From: an uncultured delta proteobacterium
Lineage (GTDB): Bacteria > Desulfobacterota > Syntrophia > Syntrophales > UBA2185
Length of the DNA stretch: 64,000 bases
NCBI GenBank assembly: GCA_963729715.1
Contig: CAVSPA010000007.1
Location: 416,001 to 480,000 of the forward strand
Direction: 5' to 3'
In this document: positions 38,188-47,894 of the stretch, piece by piece
Layout: every line of letters begins with the position of its first letter
Position numbering within the stretch: the stretch's first letter is position 1
The notes under the pieces: model-generated
What the model saw: only the letters and a program-made list of their open reading frames with translations
Database searches by the model: none
What the model was told of the DNA's origin: nothing
Made by a program: the position numbers and the translations under genes

Positions 38188-39606
38188 TCACTTCATCGGG
38201 GGGACGAAGGGAATCCATTGCGCAAAGAGCCAGCAGAGGAAGAAGACGAGCGGTATGTGTACAAACATCTGGAGCACTGAATAGCCCACAAGGTCGCGGG
38301 CCTTCATATGGAGCAGCCCCAAAAGCGGCAGCATCCAGAACGGGTTCAGTAGGTTCGGCAGGGCCTCGGCTGCATTGTAGATCACCACCACCCATCCAAG
38401 ATTCACCTGGTGCTGTATTGCGGCCTGCAGGACATAAGGCGCCTCGATGACCCACTTGCTTCCCCCTGAGGGAATAAAAACACCCAGGATGGACGAATAA
38501 GCGGCCACCAGAAGCGGGTAGGTTCCCTGGGTCGTGATACTGTAAAAGAGGTCGGCCAACCACTTGTTGATCCCCGTACCGACGATCATCCCGAAGATCA
38601 CGGCGTAGAAGGGGAACTGGATCAGAACGCCGCCTGTTGCGGGAACCGACTGCGCCACGGCCTTGAGGAACCGTTTCGGGCGCCAGTGCAGAATCATGCC
38701 GACAGTGATGAAAATCAAGTTATAGTTATTGAGGTCCAGAGCCGCGATGGGTCCCCTGGGATCACTGGCGAAGAGGTGTATCAGATACCAACAAAGAAGA
38801 CCTGCCACGAGGATGATCATCAGAGGGCTGTATTCAAGCCACTCTCCCGGTTTCTGGCGCGTCTCGATGCTCGTATCGATCTCGTCAAATTTCAGGTTGA
38901 AGTAATCTACTGTCTTGGCTCGCTCGGGTTTCGGAGCCGAGAAGTAGGCAATGGGTACCGAAACCGCAATGAGAGCGACTATCATCCAGAAATTCTGCCA
39001 GATGAAAAGTGTCTGAGTCAGGGGGATTAGACCGCTGATCTCAAAGAGTTTAGGCGGAATGGCCCCCTTTGTGGCCATCATGAGGGGCGCCGAGGAGGAA
39101 AGACCGAGGGCCCAGATGGCGCCCAGTCCCAGGTAGGCTGCGGCCCCTGCCGCCCGGTAGTCCATTCCCTTAACCCTTCTCGTCAATTCGCGGACCAAAA
39201 GGCCGCTGAAGATGAGGCTTAACCCCCAGGAGATCAGGGAAGTCACCAGAGACAAGAAGGCAACAAAGGCGACGGCTCCCCTTCCCGTCTTGGGGATTCC
39301 GGCCACCTTCTGGATCACCCAGTAAACGGCGGGAGTAGAGGCAAGCACATATCCGCCGATAATAATGAACGCCATCTGCATGGTAAAGGGTATCAGGACC
39401 CAGAATGCCTTGCCGCCCTCGGTCGCGAGCTTTCCGGGACTCTCACCGATGAGAAGACCAAAGACAAAAACGATAACAATGCCCACAAGGGCAAATACCC
39501 ACGCGTCGGGAAACCATTTTTCACTCCACGCCGCCAGCCCCAGGCCGAAGCGCTCAAGAACCCCTTCTTGCGGCTTGCCAGCGTCCGAATTCTTCTTTTC
39601 TGCCAT
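38188..39606 (-). CDS. AtoE-family short-chain fatty acid transporter
   Basis: KWFPDAWVFA, FTMQMA, GLSSSAPL, QFPFYA, FIPSGGSKW, PFWMLP; many TM helices. Confidence 0.9.
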   Translation of the reverse strand: MAEKKNSDAGKPQEGVLERFGLGLAAWSEKWFPDAWVFALVGIVIVFVFGLLIGESPGKLATEGGKAFWVLIPFTMQMAFIIIGGYVLASTPAVYWVIQKVAGIPKTGRGAVAFVAFLSLVTSLISWGLSLIFSGLLVRELTRRVKGMDYRAAGAAAYLGLGAIWALGLSSSAPLMMATKGAIPPKLFEISGLIPLTQTLFIWQNFWMIVALIAVSVPIAYFSAPKPERAKTVDYFNLKFDEIDTSIETRQKPGEWLEYSPLMIILVAGLLCWYLIHLFASDPRGPIAALDLNNYNLIFITVGMILHWRPKRFLKAVAQSVPATGGVLIQFPFYAVIFGMIVGTGINKWLADLFYSITTQGTYPLLVAAYSSILGVFIPSGGSKWVIEAPYVLQAAIQHQVNLGWVVVIYNAAEALPNLLNPFWMLPLLGLLHMKARDLVGYSVLQMFVHIPLVFFLCWLFAQWIPFVPPMK

Positions 39607-39762
39607 TTTTCATTCTCCTTTCATAAGGCATATTCTTAAAATATCACCGATAGAAGCACTCATTTATGTGAGACGCCAACAGCAAAATAATAAGAAATAA
39701 TAAACCCGAAATTAAACTGTATTACAGCATCACCTCACTTTATATAATCACTTATCACTCTT

Positions 39763-39885
39763 AAAAAAATAAAAAACCCCGTCCTCTAAAAAAACGGGGT
39801 ATCCAAAGACGATCCGCTCATAGTTCTTTCCCCGCGGCTCTCATAGAACCGCCAACACGGTAAGTGCTTTTGTAAGAGAACTCAT
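39763..39885 (-). promoter_or_regulatory. Candidate leader-peptide transcription attenuator (leader MSSLTKALTVLAVL, alternative hairpins, terminator)
   Basis: uORF 39885-39841; hairpin 39834-39852; possible antiterminator 39825-39834 with 39795-39809; terminator ACCCCGT/ACGGGGT followed by a long T tract. Confidence 0.55.
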
Positions 39886-39988
39886 AACAAAATAAACATC
39901 AAACTTCAACCTTTTTTGTCGCTTCTGCGAATCAGGCAGCGACCAGTTCCTCAACTGTCATATCCCTTGAAGATCGAAGACGCTCAGC

Positions 39989-40327
39989 CTACAGAATGGG
40001 GTTCTTCTCCGGAGGCCGCCTTTCCGGCACATACACGTGCGGAATCTTATCTTCGTACCATTCCTTCGAGACATAGAGATTGCAGTAGCAGCTTCCGTAT
40101 TCTTCCACATCCGGCGCGCGATAGACACAGGGACAGATAATGTCTTTATCTTTTTCCCGATCTCCTGATGCCAGCCGGCAGGGACATGACGTGTATCCGT
40201 AACGCTCCTTGTTCGTAAGAAGTCCTCTCAGGATATCAAGCACCCAATCCTTATCCCTGCTAAAAAAATAGCCTTTGGGTTCTTGCATTTTCCTCAACAT
40301 CTCATAAAGCTCGTTGACTTCCATCAC
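39989..40327 (-). CDS. Ferredoxin:thioredoxin reductase catalytic-subunit-like protein
   Basis: CPCR...CPC...CYC. Confidence 0.92.
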   Translation of the reverse strand: MMEVNELYEMLRKMQEPKGYFFSRDKDWVLDILRGLLTNKERYGYTSCPCRLASGDREKDKDIICPCVYRAPDVEEYGSCYCNLYVSKEWYEDKIPHVYVPERRPPEKNPIL

Positions 40328-40575
40328 AGTCCCAGTGCGTTTCTGATCTTCGTCTCTTCAAATCCCACAATGATTCTGTCTCCGATGACAATCGTGGGAA
40401 ATGTGCATTGCGGATTTAATTTCTTTACATCCTCTATAATGATCTTCTTCTCCTCATTGGAAAGCAAATCCACATCCGTGAATTCGTACTTCACGTGACA
40501 TTCGTCGAGCAATCTCTTCGTTGACTTGCAGTGGCTGCACGTACTTAACGTATATATTTTGACAGGCGGCTGCAT
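40324..40575 (-). CDS. Glutaredoxin-like protein
   Basis: CSHC, TFPTIVIGD..IVGF; 4-bp overlap with the FTR gene. Confidence 0.92.
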   Translation of the reverse strand: MQPPVKIYTLSTCSHCKSTKRLLDECHVKYEFTDVDLLSNEEKKIIIEDVKKLNPQCTFPTIVIGDRIIVGFEETKIRNALGL

Positions 40576-40651
40576 ATATGATCTCCTTTCTTTTTTTCTG
40601 TCATCATATTAAACCATCACGCATTACTTTTCAATCCCGTTCCGTGAGAAC

Positions 40652-41077
40652 CTATTGTGCTTGAGATACGTCCATAGTAATAGCCTCAACAGGACATTCC
40701 CGGGCACAGAAGCCGCATCCGATGCAGGCCTTCTCATTCGCCATATAAGGGCGTCCATGAGGATCACCGTGAGTTGATGCGCCAGACAGGTCAAGACAAT
40801 GAACCGGACAGGCATCGATGCAGATCCTGCAGGACATGCAGGTCATTTTATCAAATTGCGGTTTTTCCCACAGAGATTTCTTTACCACTATATAGGAAAT
40901 GCCGAAGGGGTCATTTACTGCTTTTGCCGGACAGATGCGCCCGCAGGCGCCACATTCAATGCATCGATCTTTCGCAATGACGTGAAGCGCATTCTTATTT
41001 CCCGTAATGGCTTCAGCCGGACACAACCTCTTGCATGCGCCACAGCCATTACACTTATCCGTAATCCTATACGCCAT
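40652..41077 (-). CDS. Polyferredoxin with four [4Fe-4S] motifs
   Basis: Four CxxCxxCxxxCP motifs. Confidence 0.92.
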   Translation of the reverse strand: MAYRITDKCNGCGACKRLCPAEAITGNKNALHVIAKDRCIECGACGRICPAKAVNDPFGISYIVVKKSLWEKPQFDKMTCMSCRICIDACPVHCLDLSGASTHGDPHGRPYMANEKACIGCGFCARECPVEAITMDVSQAQ

Positions 41078-43034
41078 ATTCCTCGCCACGGATTCTCAAA
41101 TGGTCAATATCCTCTTCCGTTGGTCTCCCCGTCTTGGAATCCCAACCGAACTGCCCATAGTAATCGCTTATCAATTTTTCCATGTCCACCGTTCTTCCCC
41201 GGTTTGCGCCTTCGGTCTGCGCCGGTTTCCCAATTACCCTATCGCCCGGCCGAAACGTCCTGGGATCTATGCCATGTTTGATATTAAAGGCCTGCTTCAG
41301 TGTCTGGATTTGCGCCCCGATATCAAGATATTCCTCAGGAGTCTTTTTCCATCCTGTCGCCGCATTCAACCAGGAAAATGTCGGCGTCCTAGTTGCGCCC
41401 AGAAAGACGCCGAATAGGCATAGACCGGCACAATTGACGATATTCATGAACTTGCTGCAGGCAGCGGCCGTCACCGCTTTCTCTTCATCTGCCATATATT
41501 TTCTGCCCTTGAAATAGAGAGGCTTCACGCGCGGTAGCCTTTTTGCCACCTTCCAGAGCTGGAACATCTCATAATACATCTGTGCACCTACGGTGTGCCT
41601 GCCTGGTGCGGCCTCCACAGAGTAATGAACGTTATACCCGGGGTCGTTCCGGCCGTCGTGCATGGGGAGATCCTGGCCGCCCGCATGGATTGCGGACGCT
41701 GCTGCTTTCTTGCCGATCTTCCGCGCCGCCACCCTTGAACCATCTGCCAGCACATCGCCGATGCCCTCCCGCCTGATCATTTTTTCAATCAGCGCAACGA
41801 TTGCGTCCGCATTCCCCCAGGTCAGTTCGAGTCCATCCGTATCTTTTTTTGTGAGGATGCCTGCCTCATAGCACTCAATGGCAAAAGCCGCCGTGCTGCC
41901 CGCAGATATTGTATCCATGCCGGCCCTGTTCAATATCTCATTCAGATGAAAGATGCTGTCCACGTCCGCATTCATGCACAGACCGCCTAAGGAAAGAACT
42001 GTCTCATACTCCGGCTTGTGTGTCTCGCCGTATTTCCCCTTCGTTACACATATGCCGCCGCAGCCCAAAGGACAGGCATAGCAGTGATACTTAACCTTTT
42101 CATGCTTTCCGATTGCGTCAGGGTTTACGGCCAGAGACTTCATAATTCCCCAGTCCACGTTGCTGCCCCGCCAGTTCTTTACCGGCGCATCCCCCATCTC
42201 AACAGACATCTGGTTCATGCCGCCTGTGCCCCACTTCTTTAGCAGCATCTTATAGACCATCCCGTCCATGGCCATCTGCACTGGCAGGATCCTCATGAGG
42301 GCTCCGACATACGCAGCCACCGGACCGGCAAAAATAGGCGGTTGAAACTGCACCCACCGGTTGCATATCTGGCTCAATCTCTTTATCTCAGCCCTGTTAT
42401 GGACATCGATTCTTTTTTTGCCATCGAGGACAATGGCCTTTAGCCTCTTTGCGCCCATGACAGCGCCGAGACCCGACCGCGCCGCCATTCTCCCTTTGTC
42501 GTTGCAAATTCCTGCAATTAGAGAAAGCCTCTCTCCTGCGGGACCGATGACGGCAACCCGCGAATTGGCATTTGTTTCGGCGACCAGCATCGCCTCTGAT
42601 TCTACGGCATCCCTGCCCCACAGGTGTGACGCATCGCGAAGCTCTGCGCCGTCGTCATTCACATAAAGATAGACAGGCTTCTCGCTTATTCCTGTGAAAA
42701 AAATGCCGTCAAAGCCGCAACGCTTGATCGCCGGTGAAAGACTGCCGCCGCAGTTTGCCTCCCCCCATCCGCCAGTGAGGGGTGATTTGCCCACTACCAT
42801 CCATCTTCCAGCAAAAAGACTCCCCGTCCCCGTCAGAAGGCCAGAGATAAAGCCAATGATATTTTCAGGACCGAGGGGATCGGCGCCGGCAGGAATTCTG
42901 TCATAGAGAATACAAGCAGCCAAACCCATGCCGGAGAGGTATTGTTCGTAAACACGGTCGGAAACGACCTCCTCACGTGTAACATGCGTGGAAAGGTCTA
43001 CCGTTAAGATTTTGCCCATATATCCGAAATGCAC
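41067..43034 (-). CDS. Aldehyde:ferredoxin oxidoreductase (AOR family)
   Basis: GYMGKILTVDLS, KSPLTGG, IGPAGE, GLGAVMGAKRLKAI, CYACPLGC, PEYET, GMDTIS. Confidence 0.95.
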   Translation of the reverse strand: MHFGYMGKILTVDLSTHVTREEVVSDRVYEQYLSGMGLAACILYDRIPAGADPLGPENIIGFISGLLTGTGSLFAGRWMVVGKSPLTGGWGEANCGGSLSPAIKRCGFDGIFFTGISEKPVYLYVNDDGAELRDASHLWGRDAVESEAMLVAETNANSRVAVIGPAGERLSLIAGICNDKGRMAARSGLGAVMGAKRLKAIVLDGKKRIDVHNRAEIKRLSQICNRWVQFQPPIFAGPVAAYVGALMRILPVQMAMDGMVYKMLLKKWGTGGMNQMSVEMGDAPVKNWRGSNVDWGIMKSLAVNPDAIGKHEKVKYHCYACPLGCGGICVTKGKYGETHKPEYETVLSLGGLCMNADVDSIFHLNEILNRAGMDTISAGSTAAFAIECYEAGILTKKDTDGLELTWGNADAIVALIEKMIRREGIGDVLADGSRVAARKIGKKAAASAIHAGGQDLPMHDGRNDPGYNVHYSVEAAPGRHTVGAQMYYEMFQLWKVAKRLPRVKPLYFKGRKYMADEEKAVTAAACSKFMNIVNCAGLCLFGVFLGATRTPTFSWLNAATGWKKTPEEYLDIGAQIQTLKQAFNIKHGIDPRTFRPGDRVIGKPAQTEGANRGRTVDMEKLISDYYGQFGWDSKTGRPTEEDIDHLRIRGEEYGV

Positions 43035-43123
43035 CCTGATCTCCTTGGTAAGTCACTCGTTGGTTCAAATAAGAGACTTGAACCGGCAAATGATCTTCTG
43101 TATCTGGGATAACTAATTTTTCA

Positions 43124-44371
43124 TTATCCTTTTTTTATCAGGCCTGTGTCGAGCGGCCTTCCTTCCCAGGCCGCCTCCAGCACCATGAGAAAATCGTCGT
43201 AATCCAGGTCTTCAGGATTGTAAGAGATGGACCCGTCTCTTAAGGCCGTTTCAGCAATATCCGGCAGCTTCTCTCTTGGTACCATTTCTCTTCCATCTCT
43301 GTAGAGAGCCTCCTTAAAGAAGCGCGCATGCCTTCCGCCCGTTGCTTCATAAAGTCCCTGGTTCATCCGGCGGATGAGGGCGATAACGCTTTGGGCTCTC
43401 TCTTCCTTTAGGGTTGCGGCATACGCTTCAGCACCCGCCATGGGGAGCAGCAGCTCCGCCGTGAGTTGGCCGTTTTTGTGCATATTATACTCCAACCCAT
43501 AGGGAAGGAGAATCGCCATGCATGCTCCGTGGGGAACACCGCAGACAGAGCCAACAGAATGGCCAAGGGTATGCACCATGCCGACCATGGAGTTCCCGAA
43601 GGCAATGCCTGCCAGGGTCGCGGCACTGGCCATGCCGAGACGTCCCTTTTTATCACCGGGATTCACCGTCACCTTAAGGAGATTCTCGCTGATTAGTCTG
43701 ATGGCTGCTAAGGCATGGGCGTCGCTCAGAGGATTTTTTGCGAGACACGTGTACGCCTCCACAGCATGCGAAAGCGCATCCATGCCAGTAGCCGCAGTGA
43801 TGGTCGGCGGCAGGGTGAGGGTCATCCGGGAATCTACGATGGAAGCATCGGGTAAAAGAAAATTGCTGACGAAGGCCATTTTCAGATGTTTTTCATGATC
43901 CTTGATCACTGCCACCAGGGTGACTTCGGAGCCCGTTCCCGCGGTCGTTGGTATCGCTATCAGGGGCCTCAATGCCCGCCTCAAGGCGTTGGCACCGCTG
44001 AACCTCATCAGGTCATCAGCATTCTCAGAAACGATTATATTAATTCCCTTGGCCGTATCCATGACAGAGCCGCCGCCTATGGCAAGGAGAGAATCGCAAC
44101 CTTTCTCACGATACACCCGTGCCAGGCGGTTCACAATCCTCAAGTCCGAATCGGGAGGAACATCGTCGGCGATCGCGGCGATGTTAACGCTGTCGCTGAT
44201 GGCATCAACCACAATGTCAATCAACCCGGCGCCGACTACGCCCTTATCTGTGACGATCATAGGCCTTTGAGCAGTCAGTTCGGCAAGAGTGGCCGGGATC
44301 CGCTCCAGGGCATCATGGCCGGAGATGATTTTAACCCTGCAGCAGAATTCATAGTACCCCGGCATGTCCAT
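43124..44371 (-). CDS. Iron-containing alcohol dehydrogenase with intact metal ligands
   Basis: GGGSVMDTAK, PTTAGTGSE, GMDALSHAVE, VHTLGH, PHG. Confidence 0.93.
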   Translation of the reverse strand: MDMPGYYEFCCRVKIISGHDALERIPATLAELTAQRPMIVTDKGVVGAGLIDIVVDAISDSVNIAAIADDVPPDSDLRIVNRLARVYREKGCDSLLAIGGGSVMDTAKGINIIVSENADDLMRFSGANALRRALRPLIAIPTTAGTGSEVTLVAVIKDHEKHLKMAFVSNFLLPDASIVDSRMTLTLPPTITAATGMDALSHAVEAYTCLAKNPLSDAHALAAIRLISENLLKVTVNPGDKKGRLGMASAATLAGIAFGNSMVGMVHTLGHSVGSVCGVPHGACMAILLPYGLEYNMHKNGQLTAELLLPMAGAEAYAATLKEERAQSVIALIRRMNQGLYEATGGRHARFFKEALYRDGREMVPREKLPDIAETALRDGSISYNPEDLDYDDFLMVLEAAWEGRPLDTGLIKKG

Positions 44372-44383
44372 CGCGTGCTCCTT

Positions 44384-45559
44384 CTATTTTCCTTCTCTCG
44401 CTTCTCTTAGAATTTTCATACAACCGTTCATGTCGAAGCTCGCTTCATTTACGCCCGCTCTCTGTGCTATGTCCTGCAATGTATCTTCCGATACTTGTGC
44501 ATCTTTCCATATCCGGGAAATGATGCCACCGTTCGCTTCCGATATATTTTTCAGCAAATCATGGAGCGTCTCGATTGCTCTTTGGGCCCTCAGATCTTCC
44601 GCCGTACTTGCATAGGCGTCGAATCCCGCCAGCGGCAGCAGGAGGTCCGATATGTGATAACCGCCTTCCGACATCTCCCTCTCCAGAACGCGAGGAAGCA
44701 GCATCCCCATGCACAACCCCGGAAGCATGTGACACACGTCGCCCATGACCTTTCCGAGTTTATGTGCAACACCCAAAGCTACGTTAGACAGAGCGCAGCC
44801 TGCCGTGGCATGGGCATTGGCAAGGGACAGACCTCCGTTCCCGTCCCGTTGATCTTTAATGACATTCACCAGATGTTCCATAATTAATTGAATCGCGGCA
44901 TAAGCGTAGGCGTCAGCCAAAGGATTCTTGCCGGAGCCGGTATAGGCCTCCACCGCGTGTGTCAGGGCAATAAGCGCAGTGGCGGCAGTCGCTACTGCGT
45001 CCTCCGGGATAGTCATGCGGGGATCGATGACTGCAAGATGGGGCATCAAGAAATGAGAGGAGTAATCCCTCCCAGCGAAGAAAGCATATTTGGACACCTC
45101 ATAGCCGGTGCCGGCTAAGGTTGGCACGAGGATTAGAGGCTTTAGAGGTTTCTTGATCAGATTCTCTCCGGCGCATCCCTCAATATCTTCCGGTTTGCCG
45201 GAGACGGCGATATTCAGCATCTTTGCCGTATCCACCACGGAGCCGCCGCCAACGGCAATGACCGCATCATGGCCCCTGTCACGATAAATGTTGAAAAGCT
45301 CCCTGATCAATTTCAGATCAGGGGCAGATGGCACACCGTCGAAGATGCCGATGGCGAGTCCCGAATCCTTGAAGGCATCGATGATGACTTCAACCAGGCC
45401 CCTTTCACTGTCATCTTTTCCTGCGATCACAAGGGGCTTTCTCGCATCCAAGGCATCCAGTTCGAAAGGGATCTGTTCCAGTGCTCTGTTCCCCGAGTTT
45501 ATTTTCACGGGGCAGAAAAATTCATAGTGCTCCGGCAAATACATCGGCGACCTCATCAA
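44384..45559 (-). CDS. Iron-containing alcohol dehydrogenase paralog with degenerate metal site
   Basis: GGGSVVDTAK kept; ALIALTHAVE lacks the Asp; AHKLGK; no PHG. Confidence 0.88.
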   Translation of the reverse strand: MMRSPMYLPEHYEFFCPVKINSGNRALEQIPFELDALDARKPLVIAGKDDSERGLVEVIIDAFKDSGLAIGIFDGVPSAPDLKLIRELFNIYRDRGHDAVIAVGGGSVVDTAKMLNIAVSGKPEDIEGCAGENLIKKPLKPLILVPTLAGTGYEVSKYAFFAGRDYSSHFLMPHLAVIDPRMTIPEDAVATAATALIALTHAVEAYTGSGKNPLADAYAYAAIQLIMEHLVNVIKDQRDGNGGLSLANAHATAGCALSNVALGVAHKLGKVMGDVCHMLPGLCMGMLLPRVLEREMSEGGYHISDLLLPLAGFDAYASTAEDLRAQRAIETLHDLLKNISEANGGIISRIWKDAQVSEDTLQDIAQRAGVNEASFDMNGCMKILREAREGK

Positions 45560-46086
45560 AATCCAAATATGCTTCGGATATAGATCAGCACCCGGCCAAG
45601 ATATTTTCTGCGGAAAGACCAGCCCGGATACCTCTTCACAGCTAACTTTGCGATGATCTTCGGAAGGAGATACACCTCGACAATATCAAGGATGCGAACG
45701 ATTGCACATGCATGTGCCACTTCACCGTCGACAACCAATCGGTTCCTTGCTGTCGCAAGGGTGGTACTCTCCTGAAAGGTAAAAATCAGCATGGCGGCTT
45801 CGATATTTTTGATCTTCATATCCAGGTCTATTTTCCAGCCTTCAGGGTCCCATCCCCTGTATCTCACAAACCCCTTCTGGTCCTTTCCTATAACCATATG
45901 CGGCCCGTTCGGCATAACAGAGAGAGCAAAGTTAAAACCATCCGGCATGCCTGCGAATTCCTTTTTTACTGCCCTGTCTACCGCGGCCGCGGCCTGAATG
46001 GCCCTCCCCATAAACCACATCATGACAGCCACATAATCTTTTTTCAGCGATTTTTTTTTCGCTGCAACTTCCCTGAAATTCTTCAT
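45556..46086 (-). CDS. Hypothetical protein, possibly SCP2-like lipid-binding fold
   Basis: DLDMKIKNIEAAMLIFT...RLVVDGE pattern; 4-bp overlap with the ADH gene. Confidence 0.6.
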   Translation of the reverse strand: MKNFREVAAKKKSLKKDYVAVMMWFMGRAIQAAAAVDRAVKKEFAGMPDGFNFALSVMPNGPHMVIGKDQKGFVRYRGWDPEGWKIDLDMKIKNIEAAMLIFTFQESTTLATARNRLVVDGEVAHACAIVRILDIVEVYLLPKIIAKLAVKRYPGWSFRRKYLGRVLIYIRSIFGF

Positions 46087-46156
46087 TGATGTCATCCGTG
46101 ATAATACATTCAGTCGAACGGACAGCGCAAAAATATTTTGTGATGTTCTCGTCTCG

Positions 46157-47185
46157 TCAATCCATGCGGAGCACTTTCGCCCCGTGGATCCGCGCCTCCT
46201 TGAGTTCGACGAGGGCTTCATTTGCCTCTTCCAATGCGAATTCCTGCACTTCCGGTCTGATCGGAATCTCTGACGCCAGTTGGAGGAATTCGCTGATGTC
46301 TCTCCGCGCCACGTTAGCGACACTCTTGATTTCCTTCTCGAGCCAGAGATGTGTCGGGTAATTAAGATTGAGAAGGTTGTCCTTGTCGGTCTCTTCTTTC
46401 CTGATGGCGTTGATGACCAGCCTTCCGCCGCTCTCCAGGTTTTTCATGGCCTCGACGACGGGTTTCCACGCCGGTGTGGTGTCGATTATGACGTGGAGTT
46501 TTTCCGGCGGTTTGTCTTCCGCATTCCCCGCCCACACAGCCCCCAGCTCCCGGGCGAACGCCTGCTCCTTCTCGCTCCGGGCAAAAACAGAAATCCTGGA
46601 ATTCGGATATTTATGGCGTGCCATCTTGAGGACCAGATGTGCCGACGCCCCGAAGCCCGTAAGGCCAAGGTTCTGCCCATTTTTTAGGTTGGCCAGCCGC
46701 AGGGACCGGTAGCCGACGGCGCCTGCGCACAGAAGGGGCGCTGCTTCCACATCAGAAAAGATACCGGGGATAGGGTATGCAAAATCCTCCGACACTCTCA
46801 TGAAGCGGGCATACCCCCCGTTGGCATCCCTGCCCGTGGCCCTGAATTCTTGACAGACATTCTCATTCCCTTCGAGACAGGCGCTGCAACGGCCGCAGGT
46901 GGAAAATATCCAGCCCACGCCGACCCGAGCGCCCGTATAGAACTTTGTCACCTTTTTCCCGATTCCCGCCACTCTGCCAGCCACCTGGTGGCCCAAAATG
47001 ATGGGGAATGCAGGCGGCGGCGTCCTGCCTTCGATTTCATCCAGCTCCGTATGGCAGACACCGCAGGCGGAAACCTCAATGAGGATTTCCTTCTCACCCG
47101 GCACGGGTTCCGGCATATCGACCAGCGTGAGGGGGGTCTTGTTCTCCCGGAGATTGAAAATGCTCTTCAAGACCATTGCTTTCAT
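46157..47185 (-). CDS. Zinc-dependent alcohol dehydrogenase family protein
   Basis: CGVCHTE, ILGHQ, CGRCSAC...C, APLLCAG, GFGASAH. Confidence 0.93.
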   Translation of the reverse strand: MKAMVLKSIFNLRENKTPLTLVDMPEPVPGEKEILIEVSACGVCHTELDEIEGRTPPPAFPIILGHQVAGRVAGIGKKVTKFYTGARVGVGWIFSTCGRCSACLEGNENVCQEFRATGRDANGGYARFMRVSEDFAYPIPGIFSDVEAAPLLCAGAVGYRSLRLANLKNGQNLGLTGFGASAHLVLKMARHKYPNSRISVFARSEKEQAFARELGAVWAGNAEDKPPEKLHVIIDTTPAWKPVVEAMKNLESGGRLVINAIRKEETDKDNLLNLNYPTHLWLEKEIKSVANVARRDISEFLQLASEIPIRPEVQEFALEEANEALVELKEARIHGAKVLRMD

Positions 47186-47527
47186 TTTTTCCTACTCTCC
47201 TCGTTGGCCATTATGCCTCCACATCCTGCTTTAAATCAATATGAAATAATGCGCTCGGCTTTTTTAGTTTCAATAATTTTAATTAGTTGACAATAGAAAC
47301 GACATTCTGCATAGTTGCACTCATGCTTCAATAGAAGCAGTAATATAAAGCTATAAATCATCCGTCCACTTCATATTGGTAATCTGTAACTTACACCAGT
47401 TCTCTCGGGAGGCGCTTACATATACGAGGCAAATCTTTTGCCGAGGAAAACAGGGGGAGTGCATCATTAAATGGGGAACAAAATAAGGTTGCGCCGCTGA
47501 CGTCATGCTCGAGACCCGGAGGATACT

Positions 47528-47851
47528 ATGAAACCATGCAGAGAACGTAGAAATGAGATTTCCGAACAGGCCATTACATGCCCGCATTGCGGGGCGCCGT
47601 ACCCTGCCAGAGAAAAATGGTACGGATGGGGATTTGAATACAAGTCAAAACTTATCTTTTGGTGACTGCCATTCCTTCATATATCATTCAAGTACCGCCC
47701 GAATAGAATGCCCGTAGTGGCTAAAGGCATCATTGCCGTTGGGCAGTTTGCGGCTGCGTATTCTCTTATTGCCCAAATCGGCATCTACCTACACGAAGGT
47801 CGCGGACAGCTCGTAAAAAGTGTTGCTGAAATTATAGGAATGCTCTGGTAA
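47528..47851 (+). pseudogene. Zinc-ribbon domain protein interrupted by an in-frame TGA at 47663
   Basis: Absent from the ORF track. GGAGGA RBS; MKPCRERRNEISEQAITCPHCGAPYP...FEYKSKLIFW*LPFLHISFKYRPNRMPVVAKGIIAVGQF... Confidence 0.7.
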
Positions 47852-47894
47852 ATGCGGCGAATTAAAGCGCCATAACTATATATAAGGAGAGCAA

